A stretch of DNA of 64,000 bases from IMG/VR virus record IMGVR_UViG_3300039159_000198; one strand, written 5' to 3'. Source of the DNA: a virus. Lineage: Duplodnaviria; Heunggongvirae; Uroviricota; Caudoviricetes. Numbering within the stretch: position 1 is the first letter of the stretch; every line of letters begins with the position of its first letter. Shown piece by piece: positions 28,866-40,200 of the stretch. The position numbers and the translations under genes are program-made. Under the pieces are notes generated by a model. That model saw only the letters and a program-made list of their open reading frames with translations. It searched no databases and had not been told where the DNA came from.

Positions 28866-31800
28866 ATGCCAAACAGTTCATTAGATTACGTAAATTCAAA
28901 TGGTTTCAGAAATAGATTGATAACGAGAAATTTAGTACCTTATGCTAAATCTCCAAATCGACCTTCTGTTCAAGTTCCGTATGAATACATACAGTCAGAT
29001 TTATCAGTTATTGATAGTCCTGACCAACTTATTGATGTCTCCTCATTTGCAAATCAATTATATCCTTTAAACCAATATGGTAATGAGGGTGGTTATAATC
29101 AAGTTCCTGACCCAAATGGGTTAACAAATACAGTTTCAAATCAGGGGGAGTATGGTCCGGGACAACAAGACGCACATATTGTTACGGAAGGATATGATGC
29201 AGTAAGGTTATGGAGACCACTTAACGCTTACGCTGATGGATTAAATGTGTTTGACTCTGCGGAATCATTTTCAAGTTTAGATACTGTTAGACCCGACCAA
29301 GATAGACAAGGTAATGGACAACCATACCCGGGGTCAATTGTTGCATCATCGTATTCACCATTATCAATCTTATTATCAACAAATCCAACGGGTAGTAATG
29401 GTAATATTAGTCAAGATTCCTACATTGCTCGTTTAGGTGCTCAAACACTTAGAAATGAGTTTCAAGAAAGAATTGCTGCGAGACTAAGGTTGGAAACTAT
29501 AGGTCAGGCAAATATTTTAAATGTTACTAGTGGTACTGACTTAGTTAACATATTATCAGGACAAGTTCCAATATTAGAGCCTAATTGGCAAATATCAGTT
29601 CCTTCAAACCCTATAACTGCGGCTGCCGACTTCGCCCTTAGATTGGGAGGGAGTATTTTACCTATAAGTTTAATACCGGGTTCTTATTTTGACCCGTCAA
29701 TTAATCCGGGACAACCAACAACAATCCAACAAGTAACCAACGCAATTGCGGGTACAACAGTTGGAAACTTTTTTAATCAATTATTGGGGGCTGGTCAAAC
29801 AGGTTCTCAAATATTTTATAATAATACAGGTGCGGGACAAAAGTCACGATTGTTTAAAAACATTGACTTTAACAAATATAAACCACATTATGAAAGAGGT
29901 GTGTTTGATAGAGTTGCAGGGGCTTTAACAGGAACATTATCAAATAATAGTAATTTTTATATTGGGAGTACCAATTCAAATCCTTCAAGAATATTTTCTC
30001 CGGGAGGAGATTTACCTGTTGACCAATTTGGTAAAGAACAACAATCACCGGTATATGGTCCTCAAGAGTTAGCACAACTTTATGAAGGACCAAGTAAAGA
30101 TATTAGATTAGGCGCAAATGGACCAACATATTCTGACGGTGGAGGTATTGAAGGTGGATTCACATGGACATCACCAAAGTATAAAGATAATGCGGGTAAA
30201 AAAGTTGGGTTAGGTGGTCTTATTACGGGTGAAGACCAAAATTTTAAACCTTCTTCATTTAACACAACAGAATCAACAAACAGGGTGTTTAAGGGAGGTT
30301 CTATTTTAGATGAAACTCAAAGATTAATTAATAGTCAACCTCAAGGAGGAAGAAGATTACAACACGTAGGGAATGCTATAGACCAAGTTAGTAAAGTTTT
30401 TAACGATGGTTATAAAGAAATAACTAAAGGTTCTAAAGTGTATCGTTATGTTGGTGCCGTTGGTCAAGAAGTTGGTACTGAGTATTGTCGTATTTTTGCC
30501 AAAGATGTTCCTTATTTACAATATAATAATTTACAAAAAACTGATGGTATAACAACATCAGGTAGAAGATTTTCTGATTCGGTATTTGATAATACATATA
30601 ATTTAAACATTGCTCCAAACAAACAAGAAGGAGGGCAAGATTCAACTAACCTTATTGGTGGTATGAATAATGGGTATGCTAAAAAATATATGTTTTCATT
30701 GGAGAATTTAGCTTGGAGAACATCAAGTACTCCCGGATTTTCTGTGTCTGACTTAGCGATATGTGAAAGAGGTCCTAACGGAGGTAGAGTTATGTGGTTT
30801 GCGCCTTATGGGCTGGTTTTTAGTGAACAAGTAAGTGCGAATTGGAATCAAACTGACTTCCTTGGAAGACCTGAACCTATTTATACTTATAAGAATACTA
30901 ACCGTACGGGTAGTTTAACTTGGAAAGTTGTTGTTGACCATCCATCTGCATTAAATGTTGTTGTTAATAAAATCTTAAGTAATGAAACAAATAAAGTTAG
31001 GATTGATAGTATTTTAGAATCATTCTTTGCTGGTTGTAGAAAATATGATTTATATGAATTGGCTAAAAAATATTATATGGTTAATCCAAATGACTTATAT
31101 CAATTACAAGAGGCTATTTCATCTAAAGAAACAACTAAAGAACAAACAGAGTATATTAAAAAAACAGTTCAAACTGGTGTTAATTCACCAACAGGGGCTG
31201 ATGTCTCGGTATCTCAATCAGGTGGAGGTGGTAATTCTCAAAATTTATTTAACAAATATCAAAATTTAGGATTTTATTTTGGTAATGATTACCCTAAAAA
31301 AAATCAATCAGTACCAAATTATTCGGTTGAATATGATAGATATACAAGCAAATCTAATACAGATTATTACAATACTAAACCAAACGCGGAACAAACAAGT
31401 AATGTATTTAAAACTGTTGTTACCCCAAATTATGAAATTATAAAACAATTTACGATTGATTTAGCGAATCAATTAAAACAAAATACGGGTACTGTTACAA
31501 TTACGATAGACTCTAGTTGCTCTGCTCCTGCTAGTGTAAAATACAATCAAGAATTATCAGCAAGAAGGATTGAGTCGGCAATTAAATTCTTTAATGAAAA
31601 TTCAAATATAAAACAATATATTGACAATAAACGACTTATTGTTGTTCCCGGTAAAGCATTTGGAGAAAGTACAGTTACTCAACCATTGGCGTCTAAAACA
31701 GGTGTGGGTCCATTCACAGTAGAAACGTTAACACCTAAAAGTACGGTTAATTGTACTAATGAAGATAGTACAGTTATTGGAGGTGATACTCAGGTTGGTG

Positions 31801-33932
31801 GAAATGATGTATTTACTTATGGTGCGATGGCATGTAGAAGAGCCTATATTTCAGGGATTAAATCAAATTTGACGGCACCTGTAAGTCCAACAACACCTCA
31901 ATATACGACAATTGTTGAAGAAAATAAAATTTTAAAGACTGTTAAAGAAGAAGTTGTTACTCAAGAATATAACCCAAGAGATAATATTACTAAACGAGTT
32001 TTAAGGGCTTTATTGTCGGAGTGTGATTATTTTGAAACAATTAAAGAAGAAACACCAATGGTTTATGATAACCTTAGGGATAAGTTAAAATTCTTCCAAC
32101 CGGCATTTCACTCAACAACACCTGAAGGGTTAAATTCTCGTCTTACATTTTTACAACAATGTATGAGACCTGGAGATACTATTCCAACGGTTAAAGATAT
32201 TGGTGGTAAACAACAATTACAATTTAATAATGCTACAAACACATCATTTGGGGCACCACCAGTATTGGTATTAAGAATTGGTGATTTTTATAATACTAAA
32301 ATTATTCCAAGAACTTTGGGATTACAATATGAGGCGTTGGATATAAACCCGGAAGGTATTGGTATCCAACCTATGATTGCAAATGTGACACTTTCATTTG
32401 ATTTTATTGGGGGAAGTGGATTAAAAGACTCAATTGATAAGTTACAAAATGCACTAACATTTAACTATTATGCTAATACTGAAATTTGGGATGATAGGGC
32501 GGATGTTACAGCTCAAGAAGATTTCTTAAAAGTTCTTGATAAAGAATTTTTGGCAATGGCGTCACCACCGCAAGCACCGGCAATTAATCAGGCTGCGGTT
32601 GAAAATGGGCAAAGTAATAATAGTGCTATTGGTGTTACAGTTACAAATGTTGTTACCTCTATTGGTGAAACAGGTACTCTTAACTATTCTGACTTTATGG
32701 TTAAGTTTGTTAATGAAACACAAACTTATTTCCAAACGGTTGTGAACAAAATAAAAGAAAGTTCTAATCAGTATAACAATGCAGTGAGACAACAATGGAT
32801 GTTAGAGAGGTCATTTACTCAGGGTAATTTTGGTGTTAACTCAACTAAATCAGTTTTATTTGGTAAACCAAGTAATGTTGAAAAAAGGTTTGATACTATT
32901 TTTGAAGAATTATCTTCAAATATCCAAAATGGTAATGAAGGGTTTATTAAATTTATGTCGTTAGAGACTAATAATTTTACACCAAAAGTTATTCGTCAAT
33001 TAAAAGAAAATTATAAAAATTTAGTTAAAAATAAAAGAGCATCATATCAAAGTGCGATAACAAAAATTACTCAAGATATAACAACAACTGAACAGACATA
33101 CATTCAAACAATTGGAAGGGCTAATGTTATAATTTTTAATGGAACTACAATTTATACTAGTGGTACCGATGGGTTTCAGGCTAAATCAGGTCCTGTAAGA
33201 ATATATGCAACTAGTGGGACTACTGATGTTCATACCTCATCGACAGGTGCATCAAATACCTTAGTTGAGTTATCAAATGATATTAGAAAAATTTATGATA
33301 ATATTCAGGAATTTAATGATTTAATTTGGAGTAAATCTAATTTTGTTAATACTTCGGATGGTTTAACTTATGAGGGTGTTTTAGTATTTGAAACCGATAC
33401 TAAAGGAAAGAGTGTAGACACAACGGTGACTGTTGATAATATATTTAAACCATTTAGCAAAAATACTCAATTTGAAGATAATATTTTTAGAAGAGTTTAT
33501 ATGATTGTATCGGATGATATTGTTGATGATAAAAAATATGAAACATTTAAAACGGCGATGATTGGTAATATTATTAATAATCCCGGATTATTAAGTGGTG
33601 GAATGGACGACATCGAATCAAAATTTAATTCTTATTGGATTACTCAAACTAAACCATTATTTGTGAATGAAAATAATCTTACCAAATTATTTATTGATGA
33701 GGTTGAGAAAAACAAGTTAAAAAATTATTTGAAATATACACCATTTGATAGAAAAACTAGAGTATTCAGTTATACTACGGAGACTGATGGTGGTGATAAT
33801 ATCAAAAAATCACAAAAAACAATGATTTCATCATTAGCGGATACAACAAATAGAAATACTGATAACAATAAATGGAATTCTGAAGATGGGGTTTCTGCGG
33901 GAGCGTATATCTCAAAAGTAAAACTTAATTAA
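28866..33932 (+). CDS. large baseplate/tail protein with internal OmpA-like domain
   Basis: GRPEPIYTY..T.R and PP..LRIGD.Y tube-initiator-like segments; YNQELSARR. Confidence 0.55.
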   Translation: MPNSSLDYVNSNGFRNRLITRNLVPYAKSPNRPSVQVPYEYIQSDLSVIDSPDQLIDVSSFANQLYPLNQYGNEGGYNQVPDPNGLTNTVSNQGEYGPGQQDAHIVTEGYDAVRLWRPLNAYADGLNVFDSAESFSSLDTVRPDQDRQGNGQPYPGSIVASSYSPLSILLSTNPTGSNGNISQDSYIARLGAQTLRNEFQERIAARLRLETIGQANILNVTSGTDLVNILSGQVPILEPNWQISVPSNPITAAADFALRLGGSILPISLIPGSYFDPSINPGQPTTIQQVTNAIAGTTVGNFFNQLLGAGQTGSQIFYNNTGAGQKSRLFKNIDFNKYKPHYERGVFDRVAGALTGTLSNNSNFYIGSTNSNPSRIFSPGGDLPVDQFGKEQQSPVYGPQELAQLYEGPSKDIRLGANGPTYSDGGGIEGGFTWTSPKYKDNAGKKVGLGGLITGEDQNFKPSSFNTTESTNRVFKGGSILDETQRLINSQPQGGRRLQHVGNAIDQVSKVFNDGYKEITKGSKVYRYVGAVGQEVGTEYCRIFAKDVPYLQYNNLQKTDGITTSGRRFSDSVFDNTYNLNIAPNKQEGGQDSTNLIGGMNNGYAKKYMFSLENLAWRTSSTPGFSVSDLAICERGPNGGRVMWFAPYGLVFSEQVSANWNQTDFLGRPEPIYTYKNTNRTGSLTWKVVVDHPSALNVVVNKILSNETNKVRIDSILESFFAGCRKYDLYELAKKYYMVNPNDLYQLQEAISSKETTKEQTEYIKKTVQTGVNSPTGADVSVSQSGGGGNSQNLFNKYQNLGFYFGNDYPKKNQSVPNYSVEYDRYTSKSNTDYYNTKPNAEQTSNVFKTVVTPNYEIIKQFTIDLANQLKQNTGTVTITIDSSCSAPASVKYNQELSARRIESAIKFFNENSNIKQYIDNKRLIVVPGKAFGESTVTQPLASKTGVGPFTVETLTPKSTVNCTNEDSTVIGGDTQVGGNDVFTYGAMACRRAYISGIKSNLTAPVSPTTPQYTTIVEENKILKTVKEEVVTQEYNPRDNITKRVLRALLSECDYFETIKEETPMVYDNLRDKLKFFQPAFHSTTPEGLNSRLTFLQQCMRPGDTIPTVKDIGGKQQLQFNNATNTSFGAPPVLVLRIGDFYNTKIIPRTLGLQYEALDINPEGIGIQPMIANVTLSFDFIGGSGLKDSIDKLQNALTFNYYANTEIWDDRADVTAQEDFLKVLDKEFLAMASPPQAPAINQAAVENGQSNNSAIGVTVTNVVTSIGETGTLNYSDFMVKFVNETQTYFQTVVNKIKESSNQYNNAVRQQWMLERSFTQGNFGVNSTKSVLFGKPSNVEKRFDTIFEELSSNIQNGNEGFIKFMSLETNNFTPKVIRQLKENYKNLVKNKRASYQSAITKITQDITTTEQTYIQTIGRANVIIFNGTTIYTSGTDGFQAKSGPVRIYATSGTTDVHTSSTGASNTLVELSNDIRKIYDNIQEFNDLIWSKSNFVNTSDGLTYEGVLVFETDTKGKSVDTTVTVDNIFKPFSKNTQFEDNIFRRVYMIVSDDIVDDKKYETFKTAMIGNIINNPGLLSGGMDDIESKFNSYWITQTKPLFVNENNLTKLFIDEVEKNKLKNYLKYTPFDRKTRVFSYTTETDGGDNIKKSQKTMISSLADTTNRNTDNNKWNSEDGVSAGAYISKVKLN

Positions 33933-34255
33933 TGGCATTTCAATATTGGAATAGGTATAGTGAATTTTTAATTAACGGTGAACAAACCGTCGTACCTTAC
34001 GTGCAGTTACCTCAAAAACCTACAGATAAGGTGTATATCTATAAGGTTGGTAGAAGTAGGTTAGATAAAATATCTCAGGAGTATTATAACTCACCTTATT
34101 TTGGATGGTTAATACTTCAAGCTAATCCACAATTCGGTGGATTGGAAAATACGATATATGACGGCAGTCTCTTGATAATTCCTTTCCCATTACTACCTTC
34201 ATTACAGGACTATAAAGGAGCGTTAGAAAATCATTTTTATTATTATGGCAGGTAA
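33932..34255 (+). CDS. LysM-like baseplate wedge protein (gp53-like)
   Basis: RLDKISQEYY.SP...WLILQANP. Confidence 0.7.
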   Translation: MAFQYWNRYSEFLINGEQTVVPYVQLPQKPTDKVYIYKVGRSRLDKISQEYYNSPYFGWLILQANPQFGGLENTIYDGSLLIIPFPLLPSLQDYKGALENHFYYYGR

Positions 34256-37200
34256 CTTAAGAGCAGACAACAATGGTGATATATTAGTTGAGTTTGACTA
34301 CAACAATATTATTGTTGTTGACCCAAACAAGACAATTGATACCACAGGTAAAATACAAGAAAGATTAATTGACCATGAGAGTTTAGTTATGTTCGCAAAT
34401 TTGGAGGCAGAATTACTTCCAAGAACTAAACTTGCTGTTGGGGGTAGTCCTGAAGACCGAATTAGAACCATATCGGTTGCTAAAATGAATTTCTTAAAAC
34501 CGACTAAAGACAGTTTTTTAAGTACTGGATACATTGATGAAATCACTGGTGAAAATTCGACTAAATTCAAAGGACAAAATCAAATGTTGTCTAAACTTGA
34601 GACACCTCAAAATGGTGAAAAACCATATTGGAACGATTCTCCATTAAATTTAAAAGATGTCCTTGATAATGGGTTACTTGGAATTACAAGTATTAATGTT
34701 ACAACTAATTCGTCTTTTGTTCCTTCAGTTAAAATGATGTTGGAAGATGTTCAGGGAAAGGCTTTATTCTCATTAGGGAATAATTCCCCATACTCAGCCT
34801 TTTTTAATTTACCTTACCCACCATTTTATTTAACATTAAAAGGTTATTACGGTCAAGCGGTTAGGTACCAATTAAATTTGGAAAAATTTCATGCAACTTT
34901 TAACGGTATGACGGGTAACTATCAAGTTAGTTTAGATTTTAAGGGATATAAGTTTAATGTTTTAAATGAAATTTCTATGGGTCACCTATTGGCGGTTCCT
35001 CATATGTATGGACAAACATTCAATATTTCTACAACTCCAAAAGGTACTCAAGAGTCTAATAAATCTGCGGAATCTCAATCTAAGGTTTCGGGTGTTGTGT
35101 CTAAGAATAATCCACAAAGTAATGATTCGGTTGTAACTCAAATTAATTCTGAAAGAGGATATCAAAAAATTGTTGAAGTTTATAGTGAATATAAGTCAAA
35201 AGGTTTAATTCCTATAGATTTACCCGAATTAACTCTATATCAATTAATGACTAAGTTAAGTACTTTTGAAAATAATATTATGAATTCTTTTCCTAAGGCT
35301 AAAGTTATACCACTTACAAATATTCGAAATTATAAAGAAATTTTAAAACAATATTTTGACTCAATTAGAGGTTCAAATGTTTCTTGGTTTAATAAATATC
35401 TTGACCCAAAACCAATTGTGTTAAATAACGTAAACCAAAATGTTTATGTGTTTAAAAAATTAGAACAAGTGGATAAAGATACTGCGACGACTTTACTTAA
35501 AAGCTATGTGGATAAATTTAATAAAGCTTTATCTGAAAATGAAACTTTAGGAAATAAAGGGTCATCGCCAATACCAAATCCAATTAAATTTGATAATTTT
35601 TTAGTGCCGACACCATCGAATGGTGATATAAATTGGGTTGATACCGTTAGAATTCAAACAGGTAAAGTATTACCAACGGAAGAAGATATTAGATTATTAA
35701 AGGAACAATTTGCTCAAGCTAATTTTCCTGTTTTAGTGTCACAAGAAGTTAATGGAAAACCAACATTAGATACGGTAAATCCCGGATTTTTTATATTTGA
35801 AGGACCAAACCGATTTGATAAACAAATATCGTTAATTGAAGCTGATGCTAATAAAAAATTATCGGAATATGAGACATCAATTTCTGCCGAATTATTACGA
35901 AAAATTGAAGATACTTCGGTAGGGTTAGGATTTAAACCAACTGTTAGAAATATGATTGCGGTTGTTATGGCATCAGCTGAGGCGTTCATCCGTTTATTAG
36001 ATGATGTTCATACAAACGCTTGGAATGTGAAATATGACCCAGTTAGGAAAAATGCGATTATGGATAATCCATCTTCAGCTCAAAGTTCGGAAACAAGACA
36101 AAAAGTTGCAATATCTAATAGTGCTATGCAATCAAAACAAGGATTATCTAATGCTGAAGAACCAGTATATCCATGGCCATTATTTTTTGTTGAAACTCCG
36201 GAAGATAAAAAAGGACGTTTTCAATTAAAATATATTGCAGACCCATCAGTTGTTAATTTAACTCAAGGTTACTTATACGATAAATGGCCGGAAGTTGAGT
36301 TTGTTGAGGAATATATGAAAGGTATTACTCAAAAATTTACGGTACCTACTGAAGTACCTCCATTAGATAATGAAAGAGATACTAATAGAATTAATATAAA
36401 TGCCATTGAGTTTCCATCCGCAGGGTTACCCTATGTCAATAAAGAAGAAGTTAAATTCTTTTATGAGATTTGGGAGAGACAATTTTTAACTTCTCATTAT
36501 TCAGGTTTAATTCGTGCAAATTCTAAACAAATTGACGAATTAATTAAATTAAATGTTGAGGCTGAAGTCAATAATATTGTTAAAGGTCTTGGGGTTAGTT
36601 CTCCGTATTTAACATTAAAACTTAAAAATTACAATTTAAAGGCTAATTCGTATCCAACATTTTTAAGTACTATATCTAACAACGGTACCGGATATGCATA
36701 TCAGGATTATATTCGTGATTTTTTTGTAACGCCATATATTAAAAATTTGGTAAATAATTCATATAGTATATTATCAACAAATGATATTGGGAAAGTACCT
36801 CAGGTAACGACAAAATCATTAGCTCTTGAATTGTTATTGAAAAATGTCTCGAATGAGCCATTAATTGTTGATACGTTACCTTATACTGATTCTACTTGGT
36901 GTCTTAATAATTTAAGTTCAAGTAATAAATCTGTGGGTAATGAAGTATATGATACTAAAAAAACTTTAAAGATTTTTGAACCAAGAAAAATTATATCAAA
37001 CTTTAATGACATTTATGATTTTGCAACAAATAGACCTGTGACAAATTTTTCATTTTACCAAAATGAAAATCCTTCATTAGTTGCTTTAGAATATAGTTTA
37101 TTAAATCCTTATGGGTTAAATAATTTTTATCTTAGTCGAGAACCTAAAAATTTTATTGCGACTGAGGGGTATTGTGATTCTACAACACCAACAAATGGAT

Positions 37201-40200
37201 TACCGTTTAAGACAACAACGTCTATTTTGAACACACCATATTTTGTTAATTCAATTTTAAATGGCGTTCAAAACAATAGAACAAGTGACCCATATCCGTA
37301 TGTCCAATCTGCTTATCTTTTTTTAAATTCACTACCTTTAGCAAGTTTAAGAGAAAGATATAAAACAAATGATGGTCAATCTGTTAGTGAATTAGATTAT
37401 ATTTCATCTTGCTTCAAGAAATTTGGTGCAATTCATAAATTACCTTATGCTTGGATATTAAAGTATGGGTCAATTTGGTATCGATATAAAAAACATAAAG
37501 AATCCAATGTAGATATTTTAACTACTGCTTGGACTAATTTTGATTATAAAACAAATTATAGTCCAATACTAAGTTCTGTCACTCAAAACTATCAGTTTAA
37601 TTATAATAATAAACCAATTTCAATAACCTTACAGAGTGAGACTCCAACGACCGTAAATATGAATGTTGGGTTTTATCCAAAAGTTATTAATGATTTTAAT
37701 GTTTTTTACAATGGATTTGAATTATATGACAAATACACTGATACTGAAATTGAAGATAGTGTTAAGAATGGTATGAAGTTGTATAATTTCGCGGGTTCTA
37801 ATATATCTGCGAATCAAAATGGTAAAACGTTAAATCTTACAACATATTCGGTATTACTTAGTAGTAGTAACTATTATTCAGATATTAACTGTAATCCAAT
37901 CAATAATACAAAAGGTACTGATTATTATGTCGTTCCGTCATTTGGTAATGTATTAAATCAAACTAAAATTAGTTGTATTGATAATTTAACAACCTCGGAC
38001 AATACTAAAGTTGATTTAACTTTTAATCCAAATGTTTATAATGGTTCAGTTAGGACTTTATGGTCTGCACCTAATTATGGTTATTTTGATAATAATCAAA
38101 TTGCGTTTCCACAACCAGATTCATACATTAATTTAATCAATAGTAGTGAAACACAATCACCGATGTATTTTTTAAATGGTGATAATTATTCAAAAATCGA
38201 AGAAATATTTTCAGTTTTTGAGAAAAAAATATTAGATTCTTTTGAACAAGAATTTTTAAATTTTAGTAAACCAATTACAAACGCATCAACAGGTGATGAA
38301 GTAGCACAATTTGATACTTCTGTTGTCGATACGAATGCAACTTTTAAAAATTTCCAATCATTGTTTAGAAATTTAATGACAGTTCCGGTTCAGGGTAATG
38401 GAGTATCGGAGGATAATTATTTTTCAAATACAATTGGGAACCAATATAGTGTCTTTCAGTCTGTTATTAAAAACTTTATGAATTATGATGTTCTGTTTAG
38501 ATATGGTAATCCATCAAATTATAATAGAAGAATTTTTGATTCCTATTTATCTCATAATAATGTACAAAAAGTCGTCGACCCAATTAAATTTCAACCGTAT
38601 GTACAAAATACCTTACCAACTAAAACAAGTTCGTTAAGTCTTAGTCAGTCTCAATTATTAAACCCAAATGCTTGGATTACCCTTGAAACTGAGGTTGGAT
38701 TTTCCACAATTAAAAATGTTGTTTATAGTAGTACTGGTTCATATATTACAGATTTTTTTATTGATAATAATATTCAATTCACCGTAGAAAATGTTGTATT
38801 ACTTGCTCCATTAATTAAGATGTATGCAACTCAAAAATTAAAAAACCCAAATATTACAGTTGCTCAATTTCAGGCTCAAATTAGTCAATACTTAACGGGT
38901 GAGAGTGTTTTACAAGATAATTTTTTAAATCTCGTTTTAGATGGTATTAGATTAAAATTACCAAACCAAGAACAATTACCGGAAAGAACAATTCAAAGTG
39001 TTATTGATGGTCAACAAAGTAAAGTTGAAAATTATGAAGTATTTAAGGCGTTAAACGATAAATGGATTTCAGGTGGCGACTATAAAAGTAAAACATTATT
39101 TGAGGATATTTTATTCTTAGATAGGGCATCAAGAAATATTGGGGATACTATTTTATTAGATATTTTTGAAATGAAAAATTTATTTAGTAAAGAATCTTTA
39201 AATCCGGTTATGAGTGTTTTTACATTTGTTAGTGGACTGTTAATTAAAAATAATTTTACAGTAATGAATTTACCGTCATATATTAATTTTTATAATGTAC
39301 AGGATGTTGATGGGACTACAATACCAAACAAGGCTGAAGGTTCGTTGGCGTTCGCTAATAATATGTGGGGAACATTTTTAGATGTTGATTACAGAAAATC
39401 AAGTTCTAAGTTAGTTTGTTTTTATGTTGGAAAACCTTCACAATATTTAGAACTACCAAAAGGTAATTTTAGATTTAGAGATGATGCGTTTGATATGAGT
39501 CGAGCTTCCGAAAATCCTTTAATCGAAAATCAAGTTGGTAAAAAAGATTGGGGTATTTCAAATAAATGTGTTGGGTTTAGTGTTGATATTGGGAATAGAA
39601 ATCAAAATGTGTTTTATTCTTTTAGTGTATCTCAAGATAATGGTATAGCTACTTCAGAGTCGATTGCTACTCAAATCAATATGGTTGACCAAGCTTCAGG
39701 TAAAAATGTTGCAACTCAAAATGCTAGTTTATATAATCTATACAAACAAAGAAGTTATAAATGTTCTGTTGTTTGTTTAGGTAATGCCCTATTACAACCA
39801 ACAATGTATTTTAATTTAAGACATGTACCAATGTTTAATGGTCCGTATATGATACAACAAGTGGAACATTCAATACAACCGGGTCAATTTCAAACCACTT
39901 TTCAAGGGATTAGACAAGGAGTTTTTGATTTACCGGCAATTGATAATTATATTCAAAGTATTAATCAAAATTTATTAACTAAACTTGAGGAAGGTCTTAA
40001 AATTAAAAAAGATATTATTAATGTTTTAAGTGCGTCAACAAATAACAATAAGATAAATAATACAGTTCAAAGTGCTAAAAATACTAAGGGGACAACAAAT
40101 CAATGTGAGAGTCAAGTAAATGAGATTTATTTAGGTAAAAAGTTCCAATCCACTAACGCGGTTCTAACACCTATCACTGAAAAAGAATTTGCGAACACAC

